NCBI GenBank assembly: GCA_951406725.2
Contig: OX597814.1
Span: forward strand, 12,090,001-12,154,000
Reading direction: 5' to 3'
Origin: Octopus vulgaris
Lineage: Eukaryota
Length of the DNA stretch: 64,000 nucleotides
Made by a program: the position numbers and the translations under genes. The notes below the pieces were generated by a model that was not told the origin of the DNA, ran no database searches, and saw nothing but the letters and a program-made list of their open reading frames with translations. Below, one piece after another: positions 11,321 through 22,734 of this stretch (position 1 is its first letter; the number at the start of each line of letters is the position of its first letter).

Positions 11321-11357
11321 CTAAAATTTTCGTTGCGTCTTGCAACCTTTTCAATAG
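11321..11357 (-). ncRNA. Variant minimal hammerhead-like motif (U3/A8 core)
   Basis: CUA-UUGAAAA-G-GUUGC-AAGAC-GCAAC-GAAA-AU-UU-UAG; stem I only 3 bp. Confidence 0.4.
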
Positions 11358-11638
11358 TCTTGACTGTCCGTCTGTTTTCTCTAAATTTCTCGATGGCTAG
11401 GGTCCAGTTGTGAGCGACATAAGATAAATGAATAGGCTTTTTTTTTACAGTGGTCATTAAAGAGACAAAAAGAAAGACATTTAAGGTGCTAGTTACATTT
11501 GTACTTGATAGATGTCTCCATCACCTTTGAGGCAAGTGTTGCAAGTGAGTCGATATGACAATTCTTTGTTTGGTTAGAGAGGTTGTCATTCTTGGGAATG
11601 TGATACGCTTTAATATGTTTCCAAAGAACAAGATATAT

Positions 11639-11640
<2 letters not shown>

Positions 11641-11705
<65 letters not shown>
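11641..11705. repeat. (AG)n microsatellite
   Basis: Directly visible. Confidence 0.95.
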
Positions 11706-11707
<2 letters not shown>

Positions 11708-12279
11708 TTGAAGGGTTTGACGAGGATAAGGACTAGCTGTTTGTGAGAAGTATAATATTTAAACAGCTAAACAACTGCAAAATAGGGTCAGTGTTTGAAG
11801 GAACTGAAAGATGTAAAGCTTCACTTGGGAATTGTAATACTGAATGAAAAATTCAACCGTATTTTCACAGTGCTTCTTATACAGACAAAGAACATGTGAA
11901 AGTCTGCACAGGGAATAGAACCAGCGAGGTTGCTGCTACATGATTTCGTGACTTTCTAGACATAGCAACCAAATCTCTTAGATAACACCCTTTCGGCTTA
12001 AAAAAAATAGTTATAGGATGATATGTAGCCTTGGATACATTATAACTACAACAAAAAAAATTTCGCTGCTGGAACTCAATTGATCATTGATCTGTTTGAT
12101 GAAGGCTGATTTAGGACTAAACAGCGACAATCTTGGTAAAAGAAGCCAATTTAATGCCTGCCATACATAAAGTGAACCCGAGATCAGTGCAATCCTGTGA
12201 TATTAGTAACGATTTATGTTTAATTATTGTCTTGTGATTTTTGTCCAAATGCTTAAGCATCTAATATTAACGGAAGTCA

Positions 12280-12699
12280 AGGTGGCGAGCTGGCAGAAAC
12301 GTTAGCAATCCGGGCAAATGCTTATCGGTATTTCGTCTGCCGCTACGTTCTGAGTTCAAATTCTGCCGAGGTCGACTTTGCCTTTCATCCTTTCGGGGTC
12401 GATTAAATAAGTACCAGTTATGCTCTGGGGTCGATGTAATTGACTTAATCCGTTTGTCTGTCCTTGTTTGTCCCCTCTATCCCTTGTGGACAATAAAGAA
12501 AAAAGAAACGTTAGCACGCCGGGCGAATGCTTATCGGTATTTCGTCTGCCGCTACGTTCTGAGTTTAAATTCCGCCAAGGTCGACTTTGCCTTTCATCCT
12601 TTCGGGGCCGATTAAATAAGTATCAATTACGCACTGGGGTCGATATAATCGACTGGCCTCCCCCAAAATTTCGGGCCTTGTGCCTAAGGTAGAAAAGAG
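12280..12699 (+). mobile_element. SINE family B dimer
   Basis: Head GGCGAGCTGGCAGAAACG, B-box GAGTTCAAATTC, central GTCGACTTTGCCTTTCATCCTTTCGGGGTCGAT..AAGTACCAG; one 15-bp TSD TATTAACGGAAGTCA (12265-12279, 12700-12714). Confidence 0.9.
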
Positions 12700-12976
12700 T
12701 ATTAACGGAAGTCATTTGTTTAAATGTTTGTGTTCCACATGCAGATATTATTTGTTTACTGAGAGAAGCTACCAGTGATTATAATTAGATATAACACTTC
12801 TATGTTTACTGCTAATTTTATGTATTTTTCATTGTTTAGTTCTAGGAACAGAGTGCCAGTAGTCTCAACAGATCTTTCAATAAGGCTTGACAGAGTGGAA
12901 ATCAAGGTCTATTCCAACTCAGTTAACCTAAGAATCTAACTTTTGCAGTCGACGTCGTCAACATCATTATATTATT

Positions 12977-13120
12977 CTGCCGAAGTCAACTTAACCTTTC
13001 ATCTTTTCGGGGTCGATAAATTAAGTACCAGTGAAACACTGGGGTCAATGTAATCGACTAGTCTCCTTCCCCAAATTTCAGGCTTTATGCCATTAGTAGA
13101 ACGTATTATTATTATTATCA

Positions 13121-13168
<48 letters not shown>

Positions 13169-13730
13169 TATTATTATTATTAATATTATTAAGGCGATGA
13201 GCTGGCCGAATCGTTAAGCACGCCGGGCGAAATGCTTAGAAGTATTTCGTCCGTCACTATGTTCTGAGTTCAAATTCCGTCGAGGTCAGCTTTACCTTTC
13301 ATCCTTTCGGGGTCGATAAATTAAGTACCAGTCAAGTACTGGGGTCGATGTGATCGATTTTCCCCTCCTCAAATAAATCCAGGCCTTGTGTCTATTGTAG
13401 AAAGGGTTATTATTATTATTATTATTATTGTTATTACTATTATTATTATTATTTTTATTTTTATTGTTGTTGTTATTACTATTATTATTATTATTATTAT
13501 TATTATTAAGCCGGCAAGCTGGCAGAATCATTAGCATGCCAGGCAAAATGTTTAGCGGCATTTCATCCGTCTTCACATTCCGAGTTCAAATTCCGTCGAT
13601 GATGACTCTGCTTTTCATCTTTTCGGGGGTCGATTAAAATAAGTACCAGTTGCATACCGGGGTCGATATATATATCTATCCCCGCCCCACAAATTTCAGG
13701 CGTTGTGCCTTTAGTAGAAAGTATTATTAC
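12977..13730 (+). mobile_element. Chain of three SINE B copies separated by (ATT)n
   Basis: Copies ~12977-13104, 13191-13406 and 13508-13722; (ATT)n at 13105-13190 and 13407-13507. Confidence 0.88.
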
Positions 13731-14092
13731 TATTGTTGTACTTGTTGCTGTTTTTTTTTGTTGCTGATCGTTTTAATTTTTTTCTGCAGAAACCATTTGA
13801 ACTTTGTTACGAACCAAGTCTTTAAAAATTTCACTGGCTTTTATGCCAATTAAATTATGCGCAGCCATCCAAGAAATTGCTTCTTGGGCATCATTTACAC
13901 AACTTGTGTTCTTAGAGAAAATACCATGAATACGTTAGCAGTTTTCTTCAATAGTTATTCAATTATCTTCGCAGTTAATTGAACACCAGTTTGGTTTTGT
14001 TGTAAGATGCATCGTTACATTCTTATAAAAAAGCAAAACAAAAGTCTCATTCGACTTACTCAAAATGATTATATATAACATAATGCGCAATT

Positions 14093-14696
14093 AAAGGCAG
14101 CGAGCTGGCAGAAACGTTAGCACGCCGGACGAAATGCTTGGCGGTATTTCGTCTGCCGTCACGTTCTGAATTCAAATTCCGCCGAGGTCGACTTTGCCTT
14201 TTATCCTTTCGGGGTCCATAAATTAAGTACCAGTTACGCATTGGGGTCGATGTAATCGACTTAATACCTATGTCTGACCTTGTTTGTCCCCTCTGTGTTT
14301 AGCCCCTTCTGGGTAGTAAAGAAATAGGTATTTCGTCTGCCGCTACGTTCTGAGTTCAAATTCCGCCAAGGTCGACTTTGCCTTTCATCTTTTCGGGGTC
14401 GATAAATTAAGTACCAGTTACGCACTGGGGTCGATGTAATCGACTTAATCCGTGTGTCTGTCCTTGTTTGTCCCCTCTGTGTTTAGCCCCTTCTGGGTAG
14501 TAAAGAAATAGGTATTTCGTCTGTCGTTACGTTCTAAGTTCAAATTCCGCCGAGAGGTCGACTTTGCCTTTCATCATTTCAGGGTCGATAAATTAAGTAC
14601 CAGTTACGCACTGGGGTTGATGTAATCGACTTAATCCGTTTGTCTGTCCTTGTTTGTCCCCTCTCAGTGTAGCCCCTTGTGAGTAGTAAAGAAATA
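14093..14696 (+). mobile_element. SINE B trimer (one full unit plus two 5'-truncated ~184-bp units)
   Basis: Units restart at GGTATTTCGTCTG at 14327 and 14511; imperfect flanking TSD ATATATAACA(TA/CT)ATGCGCAAT. Confidence 0.9.
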
Positions 14697-15015
14697 TATA
14701 TATAACACTATGCGCAATGTTGGTGAAACAATAATTTCTGCCGGAGATCGAAGTAATATCGTTAATTCAGTTTATAGACATTTTCGTTTGTATCATTAGA
14801 ATATAAGCACTATTAACATCATCAAGAACATTAATTATAACAGCAGCAAATAATACGGGGTTCTAAAATTGATACAGTTTTTTAGGGAACAAATACAACC
14901 TATGAAATTGACTCCTGGTGCGCCCTTCTTGAAGTGAAGCGAACAGCTATTTTGATCGGAGATTACAGTAGAGACCCCTCTCGATATGACATCGGGGGAG
15001 GTGGAAAAGATCATA

Positions 15016-15742
15016 CGAGGGGATGCTGAAAAGTTCCTGGCTTTAAGGGTATCGCGAAAGGTCTGGTTGGAGGATCAATCTTCCGAGTCCTTCTACAGGG
15101 CTTACAAAAACTGAAGGACTGCTGCAGTGTGTGAATCTGAGAGGAGAATATCTATATATATAAAACTGTAGTTGTGTGAGTGTCTGTCCCCTTCGATTTA
15201 GATTCCTAACTACTCCCACATTTTGCGGTGCAGTTTAACCAAATTCGGGTATCTTATAGTCGTGATTCATATCGAGCCCGTCTGAGTATTAGCGCGCGTC
15301 TACAATGAGTCTACGATTTTAAAATAATTTAACATAATTTTTTATTCCATTTTAATGCATAATTTTTCGTGTGTCGATGGCGTCGGAGTTGGCGTCCACG
15401 CTCAAACACCTGCACCTGTGTTTGCTTCTCCCCCTTCTTCCCTCCCTCGTGAAGCTGTGGGGAAGGGAGTGTAAGGAAATCAACGTCGTAAAGCGTTGTC
15501 AAGGAGACCAGCGTTCTTTTAGAACAACGACTTCATGGCTTGAAGACACCAAAACAGAAATGGCTAAGAAAGCCCGAATTGGCATCTATAAGGGAAGTAA
15601 CTCTCTAAAAATGCTTATATAGTTATTTCCCTTATAAACCCGAGCAACGTCGGGCGATACTGCTAGTGTTGAATAAAATCAATTAACTAATCCTCCTGTA
15701 TTTTCTTTTACCCCAAACCAGGAACTTTTCAGCTCCCTCTCG
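15016..15742 (+). mobile_element. Internally deleted mariner derivative (MITE), split by a Helitron
   Basis: TIRs CGAGGGGATGCTGAAAAGTTCCTGG / CCAGGAACTTTTCAGCTCCCTCTCG; residual transposase C-terminus GLQKLKD..CVNLRGEYVE* once the insert is removed. Confidence 0.85.
15151..15666 (+). mobile_element. Non-autonomous Helitron (516 bp)
   Basis: 5' TC, 3' CTAG, inserted between A and T with no TSD; hairpin CCCGA-gcaacg-TCGGG (15639-15654) near the 3' end. Confidence 0.9.
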
Positions 15743-16499
15743 TGGATCTTACCCGCCTGTCAAACGGAGTGGAGATTTTTCTGTCCAGAGCCTAAATATA
15801 ATTTCCCGAAATCTCTGGTCTTGTAGCGCTACAGGTTCAGGATAAATTCTACATGTATAATAGTACCTTCAGCCGAACCTACTCGAGATGCGCACAGAGC
15901 GACGAAAGAGTCCTGCACCCACTCCTACGGTGCTTGATCATTTCTGTCAAACGTTAACCGTTGCAAGCAAGAGAGATCCGACTACCAGCCGACACCGTTG
16001 TGAAGATAGCTCCGCCGTCTTCCTTTGACCAGAAAGGCAGACAGCTTCCCTGCCTTGTGGCTGTGCCAAATGAGGTGTGATGGAGAAGGCTGTAAGTATG
16101 AATCAGAAGAAATGCTGCTAAGCATTTTGTCCGAAGCGCTTATAATTCTAACAGCTCTCCACCTTAATAATAATAAGAAGAAGAGCACTCAGAGAGCGCA
16201 AACCTCCGCCAAGGTAACACCAACGTCCTCGTTTTTTTTTATTATCCACAAGGGGCTAAATACAGAAGTTATACATTACAAAGACAATATAAAACTTATA
16301 ATCAGGGAAATAAAAATACAAAAAGAAATCGAACAAGGAAGAAAAAATAAAAATAAACGATTGAAATTACGAAAATGATAAAATGAGGCGCAATGCCCAC
16401 TCGACCCCCGAAGGCGTGTGGTTACATTTAGACATTATTTTGGACAATTTTTTTCCCTCTTTTCTCCTTTTTTTAAAAAAAAAGTTCACATTTTCATAA

Positions 16500-17040
16500 T
16501 TTTTTTTATATTGTTCATGTCATATTTTTTTGTCTAAAATCTCTCAAATCTTCATATTCCACCACGGGCGGCAGGGCATCATACAACACCGGCACGCTAA
16601 TCATAGTCATCAATTCACGACATGAACCCACGAACACGTCGCATCCCTCGTCATTCAAGAGAACACACCTCTCACCCTCCTTGAACCCCCACTCCAGGTA
16701 GCCACACCCCACCAATCCCCTCTACCTGGACACTCTCCCCTCCACCTCCGCACTCCCCACGCAGTAGACCAAGAATGCCCCATGACTATATTCCTTCTCT
16801 CCTGGTTCCGTCTCCACCGCATGCATATGCTCGAGTTCAGGCGGCTCCCCACCCCCTTGGGCATCCCCTCTGCTTCTGCCACCGGTCCCCGCGAGTGGCC
16901 TCCCGATCCCGCCTCCCTTTCTCCCCCCTGGGCGCCGACAAACCCGTCACTCTCCTCCCCCGCCGCTCTCGTTCTGTCTTCCCTCGTCCCTACCTCTTCT
17001 GTATCTTTGACTCACCCCGCATCGACCCCCACCATAGACT
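16500..17040 (-). mobile_element. GC-rich decayed coding-like segment, possibly non-LTR ORF1
   Basis: GC island with short broken purine-rich ORFs on the minus strand; no diagnostic motif recognised. Confidence 0.3.
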
Positions 17041-17359
17041 GTAAAGTCTACAGATTCAAATTTAAGTCAAACAACAATAAACATTAATAAGTACAAAAAA
17101 ACAAAACAAATGTAAATGAATACAATATTTACCTTTCGGTATCTCGAAGGCAACACCGAGAACACAGAGGCAAGACAATGAGACCTAAAACAGACGAAAA
17201 GACAAAATTATGAAGTTAATATAGGTAAGTTATATGTAGTAACTGAAGTAATATTAGTATCAAATATTGGCACAAGGCCAGCAAGTTCGGAGGTGGAGGA
17301 AGTAATTTGATTACGTCGACCCCAGTGTTCAGCTGGTATTTATTTTATCGACCCCGAAA

Positions 17360-17800
17360 ACATTTGACACCGCTAGAAAAAATTCCCATTTTCCGTAGCG
17401 GTGTTGTATGAAATTGTCACCCATAATTATAACCATAGTATCGATCTATTGCATTTCAATCTATTTTAGATTTAGGGTTAGAGTTAGAGTTAGTTAGGGT
17501 TAGGGTGGGGGAAGGGTATCTTTTTTCTTCACAAATGTAAATAAACCCAATCTGTTTCTTAAAGGAGGGACATATTCATTATGCACAGAATGTTATTTAT
17601 CTAAATGGAGGTCAGCGATTGGTTAAAATTGCCGAAATGCTCGAAATTAAAGACGAAATATGTTACAACATATAGAATTTTCTCAATAAAGCCAAGAAAA
17701 AATGATGTTATATAAACACATTCTACCAGTATACGAAGTTTAAAAGTGTTTAGTTAACTAGAAATTGTGTTGAAAAGTGCCGTTCAAAAGGAAAAGATCC
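17360..17800 (-). mobile_element. Helitron/Helentron-like non-autonomous element with internal TTAGGG-like repeats
   Basis: Terminal hairpin GACACCGCTA...TAGCGGTGTT (17366-17405); TTAGGG/TTAGAG run at 17472-17505; other end GAAAAGATCC. Confidence 0.5.
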
Positions 17801-17809
17801 GGGCTCTGG

Positions 17810-18376
17810 CTGCATGCTGTTCATGCTTAAGTGTGGTGCGATGGTGTTTATTTGATGTTCCTTTTTTTGTGTTCCTTTTACTGCTGAAATAGACAAGACT
17901 GGTATACTCCATTAGGAGATCCTTTCAAAGTACTCGTTTAATGAAATCGGTGCGGATTTGGCGTGTGGTGTCTAGGTTGCGGGCGGATGATGCACGGTCG
18001 GATAGAGCTTGGGAAGAATGAAGAATAATGCTATCTGCGCAAAAGTGGATGTTGTTGGATGTGACAGCTAATCAGTCATTAATGTATGGAAGAAAGAGAG
18101 CAGAGAACAAGACCGAGCCATTGGGTACGCTTGAATTAATAGTGAGGAACAAAAAGAGCTTCGACAACAAGCCGATTTAGTGAGAACTGATAGGGAAGTA
18201 CCAGTTCGAGAGATGAGAAACTGGTAGAGCTGAAAAGTGGGTAGCATCAGACACGGTCGAAAGATTTGATGATGTCAAGGCCAACATTTGCTTTCATGGT
18301 ATTTCGTCAAGGCGAGGTGACATATGAAAGTAGTGTACCAGTGAATTTTGCTTTAGGAGACTGTACATATCGTTCT

Positions 18377-18437
<61 letters not shown>

Positions 18438-18564
18438 GAGAGAGAGTGAGAGAGTGAGAGAGAGAGAGAGAATGGAAGAATATGAGTGAAAGAAAGGGTG
18501 AAAAAGGAGAGTGAAAGAGAGAGGGGGAGAGAGAGAATGGACGAAAGAAAGTGAAAGAGAGGGT

Positions 18565-18608
<44 letters not shown>

Positions 18609-19300
18609 CGACCGAGAGAACTGGAGAAAGAGAAAGAGGGATTCAAGGCGTTGGAGGACGATATTGTTAATGACTGCCTCCATCACCATGGAGATAATAT
18701 TAGGAGTGCGATAGGGTGAGAGAGGACAGGGTCTAAAAAGGTTGTCTTTCCTAGGAATGCAGCACATTGTAGTATGTTTCCAAAAATCAGAGTAGGTCTC
18801 ATTAGAGAGGGAGGAATTGAAGAGTTAGGGATAATATTTGTGGATAGTGAAAGGAACATTGTCAGGTTTGGTGCCTTCGTTGGTTTGAAGCGCCTGGAAG
18901 TATTTTCGCATTTATCGTGTATGTATATATGGTGGTAAATCTGGAAGGCTGAAAAGGAATAAAAAATCGATTTGAAGGCGATTTACTAATTGTGTGCAGA
19001 GAGGAGGTAGCTGCGAATCTGATTGCAAACGTAAAGGCTTTTTTTCGTGAGTGTACTGCTCTCAGAGCCGTCGTCGCTGAGCACAGGAGAGGAAGTGGGT
19101 TTTATAAATGTGATAGATATTCTTTTGGCAAGGGACCAGAAGAATCAGCTGTTGTTTGGGAAGCGGGATAGCTCAAGGGAAATGCGATACACAAAGTCAT
19201 CTTTCGTAGTTCGACAGTGGTCTTCGTGAAATTGAATTGCTGAGTAATGGCAAGTAGGTTTCACAACGCAAAATAGTTTCTTCAGGAGTTGTAAACATCT
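17810..19300 (-). pseudogene. Decayed LINE ORF2 (Jockey/CR1-like RT), interrupted by (TA)n/(AG)n at ~18380-18640
   Basis: Minus-strand motifs in the expected order: FWSLAK..., KPDNVP, IISMVMEAVIN, STGTLLSYVT, GLDIIKSFDRV, SSVPNGSVL..LFLPYIND, HFCADS; many stops. Confidence 0.85.
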
Positions 19301-19853
19301 AATTTTTTCTTGTATCACCTTGGTAGAATTTATCTCTGTTTTTTGCTTTTTGGGAACGATGATATTAATACAATCAAATACTGCAATCGACTGAATCTAC
19401 TACACCTTTAACTAAATTTTTGGTCATGTGCCTATATTAGAAGAATAAACTCAGTATATTTATATACTTATTTTTTCTGCAAAAATGTAAAACGACCTGT
19501 TTCAGTATTATGACCTCATCAACAAACTACATATTTCGTTGTACCAGTAATGAGGAAAGTATATATCAGATAGGGATAGATATTAAAAAGAAGCCAGAAG
19601 CTGGTATACCTTGCTTCTAACCTAGCCTAGACGTCTGACAGGGTGTAAATTTAAAGTTTTGTACTTTTCCGTCACAGTATGTTGTACCGAGGAGAGCAAT
19701 TATTAAAATTCACGAAGCCTGGAGTTTAGTGCACTATATCATCATCATGTGCGATAGAGCACCAAATAGAAAGTACTCATTTGTAAGTATATATATGAAA
19801 TATATGAACTCGTACATATTCAACTCACATATTCACACACATGAACTCACATA

Positions 19854-19890
<37 letters not shown>

Positions 19891-20556
19891 AATTTAAAAG
19901 CGCTTTGTAACTAACCGATTAGCTACAACGAAAGCAGAGCGGCCTCAACCAATTTCAGATTCCAATGCAGTGGAAAATCCAACAAAGGATAAAACCCTTA
20001 GATAAAGACAAAGAACATTTAATTCCGAAGAAGGTTCCAGCATCATCGAGATGGCTACTGCAAAAATAAACACACATACACACGTTCGAAAACACCAAGT
20101 TTTATAAATTAATTCTGGGTCATTATGGCGTCAGTCACTTCGATGGTCACATGACACACATACACACAACATACTGTGGTGTTGGCAGATGAGTTATGTA
20201 TTTCAGAACGTCTTTCTCCCTTTCTCCTAATTTTTCCTCTCATTTCAATTTTTCCTTCCTTATCCCTAATAAATCTTCCCCTTCCTCTTTACCGTACGTC
20301 CTCCTTCACTCCCTCTCATTCATCTCTTCCTTCGTCTTCTTTCAACCAGACAACATTATCTATACTAGCAGAAAGACCGCTCTCCAGGCGGTTTTGTACT
20401 AGCCACTTGATATTTTCACATTTGATTCCCAGTTCTAATAATTTTTATATTTTACGTCAAATTATTTCTTTGTATAATAGTGCTTACTTGCTTAGTAAAT
20501 ATTGCCGTCATTATTTTATCACAGTCATAATCTCGGTTTTTTACACAAAAATCAAG

Positions 20557-20788
20557 GTACATTATTTACATTTGACCTCATCTTGTTTGTTGTTAACCCT
20601 CCAGCCTTCATCAGGTGTCTTGGGGAAATTTCGAACCTGGGTTCTCATTCCTAAGGTATTTTCGATGTTGTTGTTGTTGTTATTATTATTATTATTATCA
20701 TTATTATTATTCAGGTCACTGTCTGGAATCGAACTCGGAATCTTGGGGTTAGTAGCCCGCACTCTTAACCACTACGCCATATGCCTGT
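20557..20788 (-). mobile_element. tRNA-headed short element ending in a hammerhead-bearing Penelope-like segment
   Basis: A-box TGGCGTAGTGG, anticodon-like arm GGG-CTACTAA-CCC, B-box GAGTTCGATTCC, (AAT/AAC)n, then GACAC-CTGATGA-AGGCTGGAGGG; 3' half homologous to 63645-63766. Confidence 0.8.
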
Positions 20789-20873
20789 GGAGAGGGAAGC
20801 AGTTTGTCAAGTTTTAGCTTTCCTCAAAGCAACATAGAGTTTTCAAATCAGCAGCTTATCTGTAAGCTTTGCA

Positions 20874-20974
<101 letters not shown>

Positions 20975-21064
20975 TGGGGGAGAGAGAACATTGCAAACAA
21001 TGAATGAAATATACATGAAATGAAACAATTGTTTAAAGGGCATAACTACAAATGTATACATCCA

Positions 21065-21355
21065 CGAATTTGTTGTCTCATAACATCCGAAAAATGGATA
21101 GTTTTTAACGAAATTTTCTACAAATACCGCTTAGATGTGGCTTCAGACGATATAGGGATTTATGGGAAAAAATTTTTCCGCGGGGGCGGAGAACGGAATT
21201 TCGAAAATTCATAAGATCCGACATTTTTCCTCTCATAACTATCAGGAAAATGGGTATCTTTTAATGAAAGTTTATACAAATACCTTTCAAACGGCATAGA
21301 TTACGATTATAAAGAAATTTATGGGGAAACTTTTTTCCGAGGAGGTGGGAAGAGG
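21065..21355. repeat. Two diverged ~155-bp tandem units, probably inside an old DNA element
   Basis: TCTCATAAC..AAAATGG..TTTTAA.GAAA.TTT.TACAAATACC..ATTTATGGG.AAA.TTTTTCCG occurs twice. Confidence 0.6.
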
Positions 21356-22427
21356 AGTTTGGTTAAAACTGATTTTCGGATCAGGAAGACCAAAGAAGTT
21401 AGAACTACTCTGTTTTGACAGGGATTTCCCCCACTTTTTTATAACCACAGCCTTCGAAGTGAAGGGATGAGCATCTTTGTATGAAGTAGAGTTTTGAAAA
21501 TTTTGTTGCTTATATTCCACCAACAGACCTCGTGTGTTACTTTGTCATCATCATTCCATAAAATGTATTTAATGGGAGAAAAATATTGAAAAATATCAAT
21601 ACATGTGAGAGTGAAAACGGAGGGTGGTTTGCGTTGTGCTAGAAACAGAAAAGGTTCCTCCCATGGTCTTTAAGTTAAAAAATGGCCAAAATCGGTCCGG
21701 ATAGTTATTATTGTAAGGCTTACAGCGTTCCAAACAGCTATATCAACAAAATCAATTCTTAATTTTTTTTTACAAAAATTATACCGGTATATTAAAAAAA
21801 TTTCGTTCAATAAATAATGTTTTTACATTACGTATATAGAAAAAAACTGTAGGTTTTCTAAATAGCGAATTAAAACTTGAAATGAAAATAGAAAGTGAGA
21901 GACTTTGCAAATGAAAACGGAATATTCCGTAGTGAGTGCAACGAATATTTATATTTGTGAAAATTAGAGTTCAAAAATTCAATAACGTTCAGAAATCGAA
22001 ATTATAGACAATTTCTTGGAAGATGAATTTATAAAAAAAAATTCCAAACGGTTAAGCCTTTAATAACTGCTTTCTTTTAGTATTCTTGGTAACTGTTATA
22101 TACCTAATTAGTAAGCAGCTTTCTCCATTATAATATATATCAATATATAGATTCAGACAATGTCAATGTATGCCACACACACACATATATAACAAAGAAA
22201 ACGTTAACAAAAAATATATTCTGTAAACATTCCCTGTTTTTCGTGAAACTATGTTGTGAATGAACTTAAGTTTATACCCGCTGGGTACAGGTCATACATC
22301 AAGACTAAACCCCATCAGGCATGATTGTCCTAACAAATGTAAAGAAAGGAGCCTAACAATAGCATAATATTGTCTTTCTTCAAGATTTAACCTGCCTCTC
22401 CCTTTCCCAGACACACCCCCATGACAC

Positions 22428-22703
22428 ACATTATAACTGAAAGATTCCGATTTCCGGTACTTAGAGTTGCTCATTTCCGATCATCTGCTGGTAAACCGAG
22501 TCCAATTTTTTTAAATTATTGATTATCCTATAGGCGCAGGAGTGGCTGTGTGGTAAGTAGCTTGTCTACCAACCACATGGTTCCGGGTTCAGTCCCACTG
22601 CGTGGCATCTTGGGCAAGTGTCTTCTGCTATAGCCTCGGGCCGACCAATGCCTTGTGAGTGGATTTGGTAGACGGAAACTGAAAGAAGCCTGTCGTATAT
22701 ATG

Positions 22704-22734
<31 letters not shown>

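Noticed and set aside
14093-14696. CRISPR-like array (also 38191-38290)
   Set aside because: Head-to-tail repeats without unique spacers, no cas genes, eukaryotic context.
16183-16215. CACTCAGAGAGCGCAAACCTCCGCCAAGG, resembling a Helentron/DINE-type terminus
   Set aside because: Only ~30 bp, and no matching opposite end found in the window.
20712-20788. tRNA genes (also 1948-2025, 39603-39680, 54741-54817, 58820-58897)
   Set aside because: A/B boxes are present but there is no proper acceptor stem, and each continues into a repeat body; these are SINE heads.
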